From positions 4,032,001 through 4,096,000 of the forward strand of contig OY762209.1 of assembly GCA_963665295.1 (NCBI GenBank): DNA of 64,000 bases, in the 5' to 3' direction. The DNA comes from Syntrophorhabdaceae bacterium (GTDB taxonomy: Bacteria > Desulfobacterota > Syntrophorhabdia > Syntrophorhabdales > Syntrophorhabdaceae). This document shows, one piece after another, positions 10,627-21,286 of this stretch; positions within the stretch are counted from its first letter, which is position 1, and each line of letters begins with the position of its first letter. The position numbers and the translations under genes are program-made. The notes beneath the pieces are model-generated. The model ran no database searches. It worked only from the letters and a program-made list of their open reading frames with translations, and was not told the origin of the DNA.

Positions 10627-11241
10627 CTATTCCTCTTTCTTCTCTGCTTCAGCCTCACCCGTTCCCGCAGCCGCAGCTTCCGTACCGCCGTGAGCCACAG
10701 TAACGATGGCTACATCGGATCCTTCGAGAACTTTCACGCCGGGCAGAGAGATATGGCCCACGTGGAAGGAGTCACCGATATCGAGATCGGATATATCGAT
10801 TTCCAATACCTCGGGAATCTGGGTAGGCAAGCACTCAACCCTCACCGACCTGAGATGCTGCTCGACAATCCCCTCTCTGGCGACGCCTTTGGCCTCTCCT
10901 GTAAGGTGTATAGGTATTTCCACCTCGATCATTCTCGTCATGGATACCTGGAGAAAGTCTATGTGGAGGACGCCGTCGGTCAGCGTCTCCCGCTGTATCT
11001 CTTTAACCATAACCGGTTTGTGCTCCGCATTTCCCGCGGTCGTCAATTCCATGTCGAGGATCGCGTTCCTCTTGACATGGCGGCCAAGTACACTCCACTC
11101 TCTTGCTGAAACCGTAATCGGCATAGGGTCTACATCCCTGCCATACAGAATAGCCGGGATCCTGCCTTCTTTCCGTAGTTTTCTCGCGACGGACTTCCCT
11201 TTATCGTTTCTTCTTTCCGCCTTTATCAGCATCTGCTCCAT
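10627..11241 (-). CDS. rplY: 50S ribosomal protein L25/Ctc
   Basis: ARKLRKEGRIPAILYG, LHIDF; C-terminal Ctc extension. Confidence 0.96.
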   Translation of the reverse strand: MEQMLIKAERRNDKGKSVARKLRKEGRIPAILYGRDVDPMPITVSAREWSVLGRHVKRNAILDMELTTAGNAEHKPVMVKEIQRETLTDGVLHIDFLQVSMTRMIEVEIPIHLTGEAKGVAREGIVEQHLRSVRVECLPTQIPEVLEIDISDLDIGDSFHVGHISLPGVKVLEGSDVAIVTVAHGGTEAAAAGTGEAEAEKKEE

Positions 11242-11259
11242 TGAAACCTCCTTGCCTCA

Positions 11260-12195
11260 TCATATAAATAGTGAACTTACAGATTCATCATTATGTATTC
11301 TTCTGATGGCTTCCCCCAGTATGGGTGATACATCGAGGACCTTGATCTTCTCGACTTCCCTTGCCGCTGCTGAAAGGGGAATGGTATTTGTGACCACCAG
11401 TTCTTTTATGGGTGAATTCTTTATCCTCTCCACGGCGTTTCCGGAAAGAACAGGGTGAGTGCAGCACGCGTAGACGCCATTGGCGCCGGCTTCCATGATC
11501 GCCTCAGCCGCCTGGACGATGGTTCCGCCCGTATCCATCATGTCATCGAGGATTATGGCGATCTTGTTCTTTACGTCGCCTATAACGTGCATCACTTTCG
11601 ACACGTTCGCCCTCTCCCGGCGCTTGTCTATAATCGCGATAGAAGCGTTCAGCCTCTTGCCCATTTCTCTCGCCCTCTCCACGCCGCCCGCGTCAGGCGA
11701 AACGACAACAACCTCTCCCTCTATCTTCTTCAGGTATTCGAAGACCACGGGAAGGGCAAGCAGGTGATCCACCGGTATTCCGAAAAACCCCTGGATCTGA
11801 CCCGCGTGAAGATCCATCGCCAGGATTCTCGAAGCCCCTGCTTTTGTAATCAGGTCAGCGACAAGCCGCGCCGATATCGACGTTCGGGGAACAACCTTCC
11901 TATCCTGCCTTGCGTACCCGTAATAAGGTATTACAACCGTGATCCGGTCGGCAGACGCCCTTTTCAAGGCGTCGAGCATTATCAACAGTTCCATCAGATT
12001 ATGGCTTACGGGAGGGCATGTTGGCTGGACCACGAAGGTGTCGGTGCCCCTCACGCTTTCTTCTATCTCTACCTGGATCTCTCCATCGCTGAACTTGCTC
12101 ACTTTTGCTTTCCCTAGCGGCATGCCGAGGAATCCACACATCTTTTCCGCAAGTCCCGCATTGGCATTTCCCGTAAATATTCTTAGCTTGTCCAC
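11260..12195 (-). CDS. prs: ribose-phosphate pyrophosphokinase
   Basis: [34 protein letters not shown]. Confidence 0.98.
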   Translation of the reverse strand: MDKLRIFTGNANAGLAEKMCGFLGMPLGKAKVSKFSDGEIQVEIEESVRGTDTFVVQPTCPPVSHNLMELLIMLDALKRASADRITVVIPYYGYARQDRKVVPRTSISARLVADLITKAGASRILAMDLHAGQIQGFFGIPVDHLLALPVVFEYLKKIEGEVVVVSPDAGGVERAREMGKRLNASIAIIDKRRERANVSKVMHVIGDVKNKIAIILDDMMDTGGTIVQAAEAIMEAGANGVYACCTHPVLSGNAVERIKNSPIKELVVTNTIPLSAAAREVEKIKVLDVSPILGEAIRRIHNDESVSSLFI

Positions 12196-12218
12196 TTGGA
12201 CCCCCTACAATATGAATT

Positions 12219-12290
12219 CTGGGGCGGGAGGATTCGAACCTCCGAATGCAGGCTCCAAAGGCCTGTGTCTTACCGCTTGACGACACCCCA
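12219..12290 (-). tRNA. tRNA-Gln (TTG)
   Basis: TGGGGTGTCGTCAAGCGGTAAGACACAGGCCTTTGGAGCCTGCATTCGGAGGTTCGAATCCTCCCGCCCCAG cloverleaf; CCA not encoded. Confidence 0.95.
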
Positions 12291-12302
12291 ATTGTTTGCT
12301 GC

Positions 12303-12578
12303 TTATTCTGCTCCCATTTCTTGCTTTGCAAGCTGGTCCTGGTACGCTTGAAGCACACTTGACTCTATCATTTGCCTCATTGAACTGTTGAGAGGGTGGA
12401 CAGTATCCCTGTAGGAACCATCTTTCATCTTCTTACTCGGCATTGCAACGAACAACTTGCTTTCCCCGTTAATTACCTTAAGATCCCTCACGATGAAACA
12501 ATCATCAAGCACGATAGAGGCATACGCTTTGACCTTCCTCTCACAAACAGGAAATATCTTGACTGCGGTGATATCCAT
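12303..12578 (-). CDS. spoVG: SpoVG family nucleic-acid-binding regulator
   Basis: KAYASIVLDDCFIVRDLKVI, LFVAMPS, YRDTVHP. Confidence 0.93.
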   Translation of the reverse strand: MDITAVKIFPVCERKVKAYASIVLDDCFIVRDLKVINGESKLFVAMPSKKMKDGSYRDTVHPLNSSMRQMIESSVLQAYQDQLAKQEMGAE

Positions 12579-13425
12579 AAGGTTCCCCCCTTACACTGTG
12601 AGCTATAAAAAAACTCCCCATACCGCTCAATGAACCTGATGCTTTCTTCGCGTCGTCCTCGTTTTCAAATATACCGAATACGGAAGAACCACTCCCACTC
12701 ATTAATGAGCCAAGGGAGCCGGCCTCCATTAATTTCTCCTTAACAGCTTTAATTGTAGGGCACATTAGTATTCCGACATTTTCAAGGTCGTTCTCCAGAA
12801 TGCGCGAAACATCGTAAGCAGTAACTAGATTTCCACTCAATTTAATATCATTTTCCCCTTTTGTCAACACGATTTTTAAACGCCTGTAGGCCTCCGCGGT
12901 CGACAAAACCGTGTCCGGATAGACTATAACATAGCTGAGGTCCGGCAGTACGACGGGTGTTATCCGCTCGCCTATGCCTTCCATCACGCAGGGATTCCCG
13001 TGGAGGAACAAGGGCACATCGGCACCCACTTTGCTGCCCAGTGCCATGAGTTCATCTTCTTTGACGTTGAGATCCCACATTCCGGTCAGGGCCCTGAGTA
13101 TAGTGGCCGCATTGCTGCTCGGTCCCCCAAGTCCGCTGCCGATGGGTATGTTCTTCTCTATAAAGACCTTCACGCCCCGCGATATACCACATTTTTCCCT
13201 CAATAACATGATCGCTCGATACACGGTATTCTTCTCGCCCTCGGGAAGCACCCCTTTGTCATCCGTTACCAGGACCCTGCCCCGGGGTTCATCGTCCACG
13301 TGCAGAATGTCATAGATCGAGATAAGGTCCACAAGACTGTATATGTTGTGGTAACCGTCATCCCTCTTTGAAAGCACTTTCAATAAGAGGTTGACCTTGG
13401 CGGGTGACAGGTAACTGCGCTCCAT
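12541..13425 (-). CDS. ispE: 4-diphosphocytidyl-2-C-methyl-D-erythritol kinase
   Basis: PAKVNL, KNIPIGSGLGG, GADVP, MSGSGSSVF. Confidence 0.95.
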   Translation of the reverse strand: MERSYLSPAKVNLLLKVLSKRDDGYHNIYSLVDLISIYDILHVDDEPRGRVLVTDDKGVLPEGEKNTVYRAIMLLREKCGISRGVKVFIEKNIPIGSGLGGPSSNAATILRALTGMWDLNVKEDELMALGSKVGADVPLFLHGNPCVMEGIGERITPVVLPDLSYVIVYPDTVLSTAEAYRRLKIVLTKGENDIKLSGNLVTAYDVSRILENDLENVGILMCPTIKAVKEKLMEAGSLGSLMSGSGSSVFGIFENEDDAKKASGSLSGMGSFFIAHSVRGEPYGYHRSQDISCL

Positions 13426-13496
13426 TTCGTTCTCCTCCGGGCCCGGCCTCTCCGGCGAACCGGTTTCACTGCGGCCGGATATGCATATTCATTATT

Positions 13497-14987
13497 TCAC
13501 GGCTGTCCGTAAATGCCCTCGACCTGATACCGGTCGATGGAAAATTCCGGATTGGCAATGATGTTGATCTTCGTCTTGTAAGTTTTCTCAAGACTTTCGA
13601 TGGAACTCTTCTCTTCCTCATACAGAACGCTCACAACCTCGGGCGAGAGATAGACATTATAGGTCTTCCCTTCCTCTTTGCGGCAGGCGCTTTTCAGATC
13701 CCTCAAGACTTCATAGCAAACCGTGTACCGTGACTTCACGTATCCCGTGCCATCGCAGTTGGGGCAGATCTCCGAGAGGAGGGTTACGATATTGTGGCGC
13801 GTCCTTTTTCTCGTAAGCTGTACGAGGCCTATTTCGCTGATAGGATAGGCAAAAGTCTTGATTCTGTCTCTCTTGAGCGATTCCATGAGGGATTGGAATA
13901 CCATCTCCCTCGACTCCTTACGCTCCATATCTATGAAATCTACTATTATGATGCCCCCGATATTCCTCAATCTGATCTGGTATGCAATCTCCTTCACCGC
14001 CTCGAGGTTTGTCCTGACGATGGTATCCTCGAGGTCCTTCTTTCCAAGGTACCTCCCCGTGTTCACGTCGATGACGGTAAGGGCCTCCGTATAATCGAGA
14101 ACGATATAGCCTCCTGATTTGAGCCATATCTTCTTCTGCAGCAACTTCGCTATCTCTATCTCGATTCCGTAGACCTCGAAGATAGGGTCTTTTTCGTCGA
14201 AATAGGTTACCTCGCAGGCCTGGCCGGGAAGGAGTTCTTTCAAAAACTCCTCTACTCTCTCAAAAATGTAGGCGTCGTCGACGACGATCCTCCGCAGGTT
14301 ATGGGAGTGAAGGTCTCTTATAACCCTGAATATGATGCCCAGGTCCTGGTGCAGGATAGAGGGCGCCCGTACATGTTTCGCTTTTTCCTGAACACTCTCC
14401 CACACCCTCCTGAGAAAGTCCAGGTCGCTCTCCATTTCCGCTCTTGTCTTGCCTTCCGAGGCCGTCCTCGCGATAATGCCGTACCCTTTGGGGCATATCT
14501 CCTTGAGCACGGTGGCAAGCCTCTTTCTCTCATCTTCCTGCTCGATCCTTCGGGAAACACCTATGTGCTCGGTGGACGGCATAAGGACCAGCAGCCTCCC
14601 GGGAAGGGTAATCTTCGAGGTAACCCTGGTGCCCTTCTGTCCGATGGGCTCTCTCGAAACCTGGACGGTCAACTCCTGCCCCTCCTCCAGCACGCCTTCT
14701 ATCCGCTCAGGCCCTTCCATGGGAATGCCCGTACCTTCAAATTCCTCATACATCATCCTGTCAAGAATGATGTCACCCACATAGAGGAAGGCGGATTTTT
14801 CAAGACCGATATCCACGAAGGCCGCATCCATGCCGGGCACTATCCGGGCTACCTTGCCCTTGTAAATGCTTCCCACCATGCTGTTGTCATTCTTCTTCTC
14901 TATGAAAAACTCGACGAGTACGCCGTTATCGAGAAAGGCAATCCTCGTTTCACTGAATGTTACATTAATTATGAGTTCCGATGCCAT
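13497..14987 (-). CDS. rng: ribonuclease G (Rne/Rng family)
   Basis: S1 domain PGMDAAFVDIG; IDVNTG; NIGGIIIVDFIDM. Confidence 0.93.
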   Translation of the reverse strand: MASELIINVTFSETRIAFLDNGVLVEFFIEKKNDNSMVGSIYKGKVARIVPGMDAAFVDIGLEKSAFLYVGDIILDRMMYEEFEGTGIPMEGPERIEGVLEEGQELTVQVSREPIGQKGTRVTSKITLPGRLLVLMPSTEHIGVSRRIEQEDERKRLATVLKEICPKGYGIIARTASEGKTRAEMESDLDFLRRVWESVQEKAKHVRAPSILHQDLGIIFRVIRDLHSHNLRRIVVDDAYIFERVEEFLKELLPGQACEVTYFDEKDPIFEVYGIEIEIAKLLQKKIWLKSGGYIVLDYTEALTVIDVNTGRYLGKKDLEDTIVRTNLEAVKEIAYQIRLRNIGGIIIVDFIDMERKESREMVFQSLMESLKRDRIKTFAYPISEIGLVQLTRKRTRHNIVTLLSEICPNCDGTGYVKSRYTVCYEVLRDLKSACRKEEGKTYNVYLSPEVVSVLYEEEKSSIESLEKTYKTKINIIANPEFSIDRYQVEGIYGQP

Positions 14988-17274
14988 TGATCCTCTTCGC
15001 CTCCATTTTTACAATGCGAACAAACATTCCGCTTTTCCACAATTCTTTAACGCCCTTTTTCTCTCTGGAGATATAGAAACGCCGTCCCGTCTTGCTGCCT
15101 CCAAACCTTATTTCCTCCATTTCAACAGGACCGTCTGCAATAAGGAGGTACACATATTCCTCGGTCATCCCTTTCAGCCCGCACTGACGGAATTCGCATA
15201 TCTTCATCCCCCTGGGCAAGACCTTGTTCATCTCCCTGATCATTCCCTCATTAGGGAAGATTCCCCCATCGGTTTCCACTTCGATAAGCTCACACATGCT
15301 CTCAATGCCCATGGGAAGGGCGTCGGACAGGGAAATTCTCGGCATGGGGTGATATTTATGATGCATCTTTATGGAAATGCCGGCCGCCCTGAACGCTCTC
15401 AGCAAAATGCCCATCGAGTCCAGGTGACCGATGAGGCGGGCGTCGCCATACTTCCCGTACCGAAATGTAAACTTATATGTCACGGGCGTTATGCCGTGCC
15501 CCGGCCGACTCGACGAGGATATATCCGGCCCGGAAGACAGGACCACCGGCGCATTCTCCTCACCGGTACCCCGGAGGCGCGCCGCGCCGCAACCAATGCC
15601 GCAACCCGCGCAATCTGTAAGACAATCAACAGTCCCCTGCCCCGCTTCGGCCCGTTCGGATTCCCCCTGAAGAAAGGCCTCCTTCACACCCATATCTATG
15701 AAGGACCACGGCAGAGGCTTATCGGAAGGCCTGCTTCCCAGGTAGCATCCCATATCCAGCCCTTCTTTGCGGAACCATTCCTCGTAGAGTTCGGGTTTGA
15801 AAAACTCTCTCCACGCCTCAAGTTTCGCTCCCTTGCCGACAAGATATTCGAAAAGGGGAGACAGGTGCCGGTCCCCCCTTGAAACTATCGCCTCTATGGC
15901 GCTCGCCTTAATATCCCTGTACTTTACTGTAACGTTCTTCTTCCGCAAGGCCCTCTTTACGATCCCCATCTTCTCGGCAAGCACATCTTCAGATTCCATC
16001 GAAAGCCATTGAAAGGGCGTGTGAGGTTTGGGAATAAAGGGCGAGACCGCCAGATTGATGGTGATACCTTCCTTCGCGAAGGGGGCTACAAGTTCCCGGA
16101 TGCTGAAAATATCTTCCTCCTTCTCCCACGGAAAGCCTATCATGAAATAGAGTTTCAGTTTCCTCCAACCGTGTTTCTTGAGTATGGGCAAAACCTGCAC
16201 AAGGTTATCCACGTCAATATTCTTATTGAGGCGGCATCTTATCTCGGGAGACGCTGATTCCAGGGCAAAAGTGAAACCGGTGCGCGCGATGTCGCCGATT
16301 ATCCGTATCTCATCCTCTCCAATACTGCCGATCTTCAGCGACGGAAGGGCCACGGAAATCCCTCTGTGGCGCTCCTTGATATATGAGATGGTCCGGAAAA
16401 GGCTGCTATAGTCTCCCGAACTGAGAGAAAGAAGCGAGATTTCCTCGTAACCCGTTTCTTTCACGGCCTGATCGATAATGCCTGCGATGTTTTCGAACGA
16501 CCTTTCCCGGTAAGGTCTGTAGCCGAACCCTGCGAGACAGAACCTGCACCCGTTTCCGCAACCCCTGGACACTTCCACGTTCAGTCTGTTGTGGATGCTC
16601 CCCACTATAGGGATCGGAGGTCTCACCGCGTGGTAGGCCTTATCGAGGTCCTCCACATAGAGCCTCTTCACCGCTCCCTTGGGAAACATCGGCGAATGGA
16701 CGCCTTCGATGCCCGCCAATTCCCTTATAATTTCAGATCTCTTCAACCCCTTCGTGCCCTTCAGCACATCGACGATCTTGAAAAGTACCTCGTCGCCTTC
16801 GCCGGCAACCATGATATCGAAAAACTTCTCAAAGGGCTCCGGATTAAGCATCAGGGGTCCACCCCCGATCACTACGGGTCCGCGATCCCTCTCTTCCGCC
16901 CGGAGAGGTATCCCTCCCAATGCGAGCATATTGAGCACGTTGGTAATGTTCAGTTCGTAGGAAAGGGAAAATCCCACCGCATCCATGGCATTGAGGGGTG
17001 TGTGCGATTCCAGCGTGGTGAGGGGAAAACCGTTCTGCCGAAGGTAAACCTCCATATCATGCCAGGGCGCGAAGCAACGCTCGCACCACACATCTCTCCG
17101 GCCGTTAAGTAATTCGTAGAGGAGAAAAAGCCCGTAATAGGACATTCCCACCTCGTAGATATCCGGATAACAGAGAGCAAACCTTATCTGTACGCTCCGG
17201 GGGTCTTTCTTTGTTGCGTGAGGCTCTATGCCCGCGTAGCGCGCGGGCTTCATTATCTGATACGGTATATTCAT
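14965..17274 (-). CDS. B12-binding-type radical SAM protein (TIGR03960-like) with C-terminal DUF2344-like domain
   Basis: YPDIYEVGMS, SRGCGNGCRFC, FIPKPHTPFQW; C-terminal RLIGHLD...HPMPRIS; conserved position upstream of rng. Confidence 0.85.
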   Translation of the reverse strand: MNIPYQIMKPARYAGIEPHATKKDPRSVQIRFALCYPDIYEVGMSYYGLFLLYELLNGRRDVWCERCFAPWHDMEVYLRQNGFPLTTLESHTPLNAMDAVGFSLSYELNITNVLNMLALGGIPLRAEERDRGPVVIGGGPLMLNPEPFEKFFDIMVAGEGDEVLFKIVDVLKGTKGLKRSEIIRELAGIEGVHSPMFPKGAVKRLYVEDLDKAYHAVRPPIPIVGSIHNRLNVEVSRGCGNGCRFCLAGFGYRPYRERSFENIAGIIDQAVKETGYEEISLLSLSSGDYSSLFRTISYIKERHRGISVALPSLKIGSIGEDEIRIIGDIARTGFTFALESASPEIRCRLNKNIDVDNLVQVLPILKKHGWRKLKLYFMIGFPWEKEEDIFSIRELVAPFAKEGITINLAVSPFIPKPHTPFQWLSMESEDVLAEKMGIVKRALRKKNVTVKYRDIKASAIEAIVSRGDRHLSPLFEYLVGKGAKLEAWREFFKPELYEEWFRKEGLDMGCYLGSRPSDKPLPWSFIDMGVKEAFLQGESERAEAGQGTVDCLTDCAGCGIGCGAARLRGTGEENAPVVLSSGPDISSSSRPGHGITPVTYKFTFRYGKYGDARLIGHLDSMGILLRAFRAAGISIKMHHKYHPMPRISLSDALPMGIESMCELIEVETDGGIFPNEGMIREMNKVLPRGMKICEFRQCGLKGMTEEYVYLLIADGPVEMEEIRFGGSKTGRRFYISREKKGVKELWKSGMFVRIVKMEAKRINGIGTHN

Positions 17275-17304
17275 TCCTGTTCCTTGAGTTTATGACCCCG
17301 GTTC

Positions 17305-18660
17305 CTATGTCTCTTTCGTTATGCGGGTAAGATCGTCGGTTACCATCTTCTGTATGCGGTCCAGCGCCTCCCCGGTCGTCGCTTCGAAGCGGAGCACCAG
17401 GATAGGCCCCGTATTGGAAGGTCTCACGAGCCCCCAGCCGTCATCAAGGATCACCCTCACTCCATCGATATCGATCACCTTGTGTCTTTCCCGGTAATAC
17501 TCAGTGAGTCTTTTCACTACCTCGAATTTTTTCGTATCCGGACAGTCAATGCGTATTTCCGGAGTGGAGTACATCTCCGGCAGGTCTTTCAGGAACTCCG
17601 AGACGGGTCTGCCTTCCCTCTCCATGATCTCGAGGAGTCTCAGGGTGGCATATATGGCATCGTCATAGCCGAAAAATTTATCGGCAAAGAACACGTGCCC
17701 GCTCATCTCTCCCCCGAGAAGGGCGCCCGTTTCCCTCATCTTTTGTTTTATGAGTGAATGTCCCGCTTTCCACATGATGGGAATACCGCCGTTGCGCTCC
17801 ACCTCTTCGAAGAGGTTTGTGGAGCATTTTACCTCGGAGACAAAATGCGCTCCCGGGTGCGCCTTCAGTACATCCCTTGCCAGGATTATCATGAGGTAGT
17901 CGCCCCAGATGGTATTTCCTTCGTTGTCGATCACACCTATCCTGTCGCCGTCCCCGTCGTATCCTATACCCACGTCGGCCCCCGTTTCAAGCACCGCTTT
18001 CTTCAGGTCGACGAGGTTCTTTTCCACTGTAGGGTCGGGGTGGTGGTTCGGAAAATGCCCGTCCATCTCGCAGTAAAGCTCTGTCACGTCCTGTCCCATC
18101 TCTTTCAGGATCGGAGCGGCAATCACACCGGCAGTGCCGTTTCCCGCGTCGATCACCACTTTGAAGTTTTTGGTAAGCTTTATGTTCGTTCTCAAAAACC
18201 TGTAGTAGTCGTCCACGATGTTCTTGTACCCTTTATAAGAACCTTCCTCGCGAAAGAATCTCTTCTCCTCGATAATCCTTTTCAGGTACTGTATCTCGTC
18301 ACCAAAAATGGTGGCCTTTTCGTATGCGATCTTGAACCCGTTCTGGTCGCCGGGGTTGTGACTTCCCGTTATCATGATCCCGCCGTCGACTTCGAGGTTG
18401 AACAGGGAAAAATAGAACAAACCCGTGGGGACCAGACCGAGGTCGATCACATCGAGCCCGCTTTCCAACATCCCCGCGGCGATCATGTTCCGAAGATGTT
18501 CGGAACTCAGCCTGCAATCCCTTGCGAGGGTAACGGTCTTTTTGTGGCGCTCCCGCATGTAAGTGCCGTAAGCCCTTCCCAGGTTCATCACCACGTCATC
18601 GCTGAGATCGGGGTCTACCGTGCCCCTGATATCATACTCCCGGAAAATTTGTGTGTTCAT
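17305..18660 (-). CDS. phosphomannomutase/phosphoglucomutase
   Basis: IFREYDIRG, ITGSHNP, DGDGDR, GEMSGH. Confidence 0.95.
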   Translation of the reverse strand: MNTQIFREYDIRGTVDPDLSDDVVMNLGRAYGTYMRERHKKTVTLARDCRLSSEHLRNMIAAGMLESGLDVIDLGLVPTGLFYFSLFNLEVDGGIMITGSHNPGDQNGFKIAYEKATIFGDEIQYLKRIIEEKRFFREEGSYKGYKNIVDDYYRFLRTNIKLTKNFKVVIDAGNGTAGVIAAPILKEMGQDVTELYCEMDGHFPNHHPDPTVEKNLVDLKKAVLETGADVGIGYDGDGDRIGVIDNEGNTIWGDYLMIILARDVLKAHPGAHFVSEVKCSTNLFEEVERNGGIPIMWKAGHSLIKQKMRETGALLGGEMSGHVFFADKFFGYDDAIYATLRLLEIMEREGRPVSEFLKDLPEMYSTPEIRIDCPDTKKFEVVKRLTEYYRERHKVIDIDGVRVILDDGWGLVRPSNTGPILVLRFEATTGEALDRIQKMVTDDLTRITKET

Positions 18661-18741
18661 GGCTGATTCTTCCATATCAGATTCATGTCCTTTCAAATCA
18701 ATGTGAACCAAATTCATTTCGACTCCTTGTGAATTTGTCTC

Positions 18742-19683
18742 TTATTCATCAATAAACGCTGCGCCCATAATGGCCGAGTCCTCTCCAAGTCTTGCCCGCT
18801 CCATCCTGAGGCCCTTGAGCGATGGACCCATAACCCTGCGCCTCATGACGTCCGCCGCCTGGTCTATGAGATACTTTGATCCATACACCACGCCTCCTCC
18901 GAATACGATCATCTCGGGGTTCAAAATGTTCACCAGGCTCGCAAGGCCCACACCCATATGTTCGACAACCTCCTTCCAAATCTCGCCGCAATACTCATCG
19001 CCTTTCAGATAAGCGTCTTCTATATGGCCCGTATTCAAAACCCCCGGGTCGCCCCCGATAATACCCCACAGTTTACCTCTATAGCCCTCGTTGAGCCTCC
19101 GCTTCGCCCGTTCGACTATGTAATAACCACCACAATACGCCTCAAAACAACCCGTGTTTCCGCAATGGCACGGATATCCGTGCGAATTGACGGTCATGTG
19201 GCCGATCTCTCCACCCACATTCGAAAAGCCCCTGTAGATCCTTCCGTCGAGGATGAGCCCCCCGCCTATGCCCGTTCCCACAAAAATTCCAAGCACATTC
19301 GCCGGGCTCTCCATCAGCCCGAACTTCCATTCTCCGTATATGGCGGCGTTCACGTCATTTTCGACAAAAATACCTATGCCCAACGCCCTTTCCAGGTCAT
19401 CTCTTATGGGCACATCGTGGAATCCAAGGTTGGGAGAAAAAACTATCCGGTGGGAATGTTTTTCAATCTGACCTGCCGAGGCTATTCCTACCCTTTCTAT
19501 ATCGTTTCGTGAGCAGCCGCTCTCCCCTATTATAGCATCAATCAGGTGGACAATGCGCGCCACAATACCTTCATAGCCCTGGACGGCGTCCGTGGGGACC
19601 CTTTTCCTCGTCAACACGCGGCCCGCGTCATCGATCAGACCGCCGACTATTTTAGTCCCTCCCAGGTCTATTCCTATTCTCAT
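18742..19683 (-). CDS. ROK family sugar kinase (glucokinase)
   Basis: GIDLGGTK, ENDVNAA, GTGIGGG, GEIGH, CHCGNTGCFE. Confidence 0.92.
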   Translation of the reverse strand: MRIGIDLGGTKIVGGLIDDAGRVLTRKRVPTDAVQGYEGIVARIVHLIDAIIGESGCSRNDIERVGIASAGQIEKHSHRIVFSPNLGFHDVPIRDDLERALGIGIFVENDVNAAIYGEWKFGLMESPANVLGIFVGTGIGGGLILDGRIYRGFSNVGGEIGHMTVNSHGYPCHCGNTGCFEAYCGGYYIVERAKRRLNEGYRGKLWGIIGGDPGVLNTGHIEDAYLKGDEYCGEIWKEVVEHMGVGLASLVNILNPEMIVFGGGVVYGSKYLIDQAADVMRRRVMGPSLKGLRMERARLGEDSAIMGAAFIDE

Positions 19684-19758
19684 CGTGGACCTCCGGTCTC
19701 CCGCCTTCCTGATTATGGGCCCGGCATGGCGCCGGGGCTGAAACCATTTGCGCCGGTT

Positions 19759-20533
19759 TCAGTTACTCCTCAGCATTTCTTTAAAGGTTTTCGCATTCCT
19801 GACGGCCTTGCCCGCATGGCAGTTGTTGAAAAAAAAAAGTGACGGCCGTGTTTCTCGCCGCCTCTCTCACCGGCTCAACAAACTCCTTCAGTTCCTCCGT
19901 GGAGTAGAGATAATCGTACCGCACCTCCATGGGGGTCCCAAACCACGCCTTGTTTCTCCCGTGAAAACGAAAATAACTCACGCTGGAGGTGACAACCGGG
20001 TAGAAGGGAAGCAGACCCTTGATCTTCGGCTCATCCACCACGCAATAGCCCAGAGACAGGTTCCTCAAAATGTCCATATACCTGTCATCCAGCCATTTCG
20101 CATTTCTGAATTCCACAACAGCCTCCGTACCGGAAAACTCGTCTCCGAGCCGTTTCAGATAGTCGAAGCTGTCCTTATGCGGCACAAACGCATAGGGGAA
20201 CTGGAAAAGCACGGCCTTCATATTTGCGCCGAGAGGACCGACACCGTCCTTAAACAGCCTGATCTGTTCCCCTACCCCTTTGTCCCGGTCATGAGTTATG
20301 CCTTTGTATGCCTTCACCACATACAGAAAATCCGGAGAAGTCCTGTTTTTGAAGGATTCCATCGTTTTTTTTGATGGCAGCGTGTAGTAGGTAAAATTGA
20401 CTTCCAGGGCCTTGAAACCCAACATCCGTTCGTAGTAGGGGAGCATCTCCTGTTTCCTGATCCCGGCCGGGTACGCCTCTCCAATCCAATCAGTGAAGGA
20501 AAAACCACTGGTTCCTACGTATATTTCACCCAT
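19759..20533 (-). CDS. DUF72 family protein, frameshifted near 3' end at an A10 tract
   Basis: VGTSGFS, EVNFTYY, LFQFP, EFR, YFRFHGRN, RYDYLYS; conserved-looking FNNCHAGKAVRNA tail lies in another frame ending 19759. Confidence 0.85.
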
Positions 20534-20543
20534 GCATTTTAGT

Positions 20544-20572
20544 TTGACATCTCCTTTCCATGTAAATAATAT
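20544..20572 (+). promoter_or_regulatory. sigma70-type promoter for LOG gene
   Basis: TTGACA-17 bp-TAATAT. Confidence 0.6.
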
Positions 20573-20611
20573 ATGTGAACATGCAAAATCTCAAGGCAAA
20601 AAGGGGAGTTA

Positions 20612-21262
20612 ATGGAAAAACAGTACATAATTGACGATATCACCGTAAGGGACACATGGAGAATGTTCCATATAATGGCAGAGTTCGTGGAGGGCTTTGA
20701 GAACCTCGCCGAGATTCAGCCTGCGGTCAGCTTTTTCGGGAGCGCCCGATGCAAGGAAGGGGATCCCCTCTATACCAGAACCTACGACCTCGCGAAACTT
20801 GTGGCAGGAAGCGGTTTCAACGTCATTACGGGAGGAGGCGGCGGCGTCATGGAGGCCGCCAATAAAGCGGCGGCTGAAGAGGGCGTGAAGTCAGTGGGAA
20901 TCAACATCGAGCTTCCCTTTGAACAAAAACCCAATTCTTATTCGAATCTCAGGCTGAACTGCAGGTACTTCTTCGTGAGAAAGGTAATGTTCGTCAAATA
21001 TGCCATGGCCTACATCGTAATGCCCGGCGGCTTCGGCACGCTGGACGAATGTTTCGAGGCCCTGACCCTTATCCAGACGAAGAAGATCCGGCCCTTCCCC
21101 GTCATCCTGGTAGATTCCGCATATTGGAAGAATATCGTTGACTGGATGCACGACAGCCTTTTGGAGCAGCACTTGATCTCAAAGGAAGACCTGCACATAT
21201 TCAGGGTAATGGACGATCCGGAGGAGATAGTCGAGTACGTGAAGAGGTTTGTAATCCTCTAA
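20612..21262 (+). CDS. LOG family nucleotide phosphoribohydrolase (TIGR00730 Rossmann fold)
   Basis: FGSAR, TGGGGGVMEAAN, FFVRKVMF, PGGFGTLDE. Confidence 0.93.
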   Translation: MEKQYIIDDITVRDTWRMFHIMAEFVEGFENLAEIQPAVSFFGSARCKEGDPLYTRTYDLAKLVAGSGFNVITGGGGGVMEAANKAAAEEGVKSVGINIELPFEQKPNSYSNLRLNCRYFFVRKVMFVKYAMAYIVMPGGFGTLDECFEALTLIQTKKIRPFPVILVDSAYWKNIVDWMHDSLLEQHLISKEDLHIFRVMDDPEEIVEYVKRFVIL

Positions 21263-21286
21263 GCTGCCTCCGGACCCCTTTTCCCT

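Noticed and set aside
14866..15882. 338-aa plus-strand ORF and similar long antisense ORFs (17758-18666, 5275-6108, 31740-32552)
   Set aside because: Shadows of well-supported genes on the opposite strand
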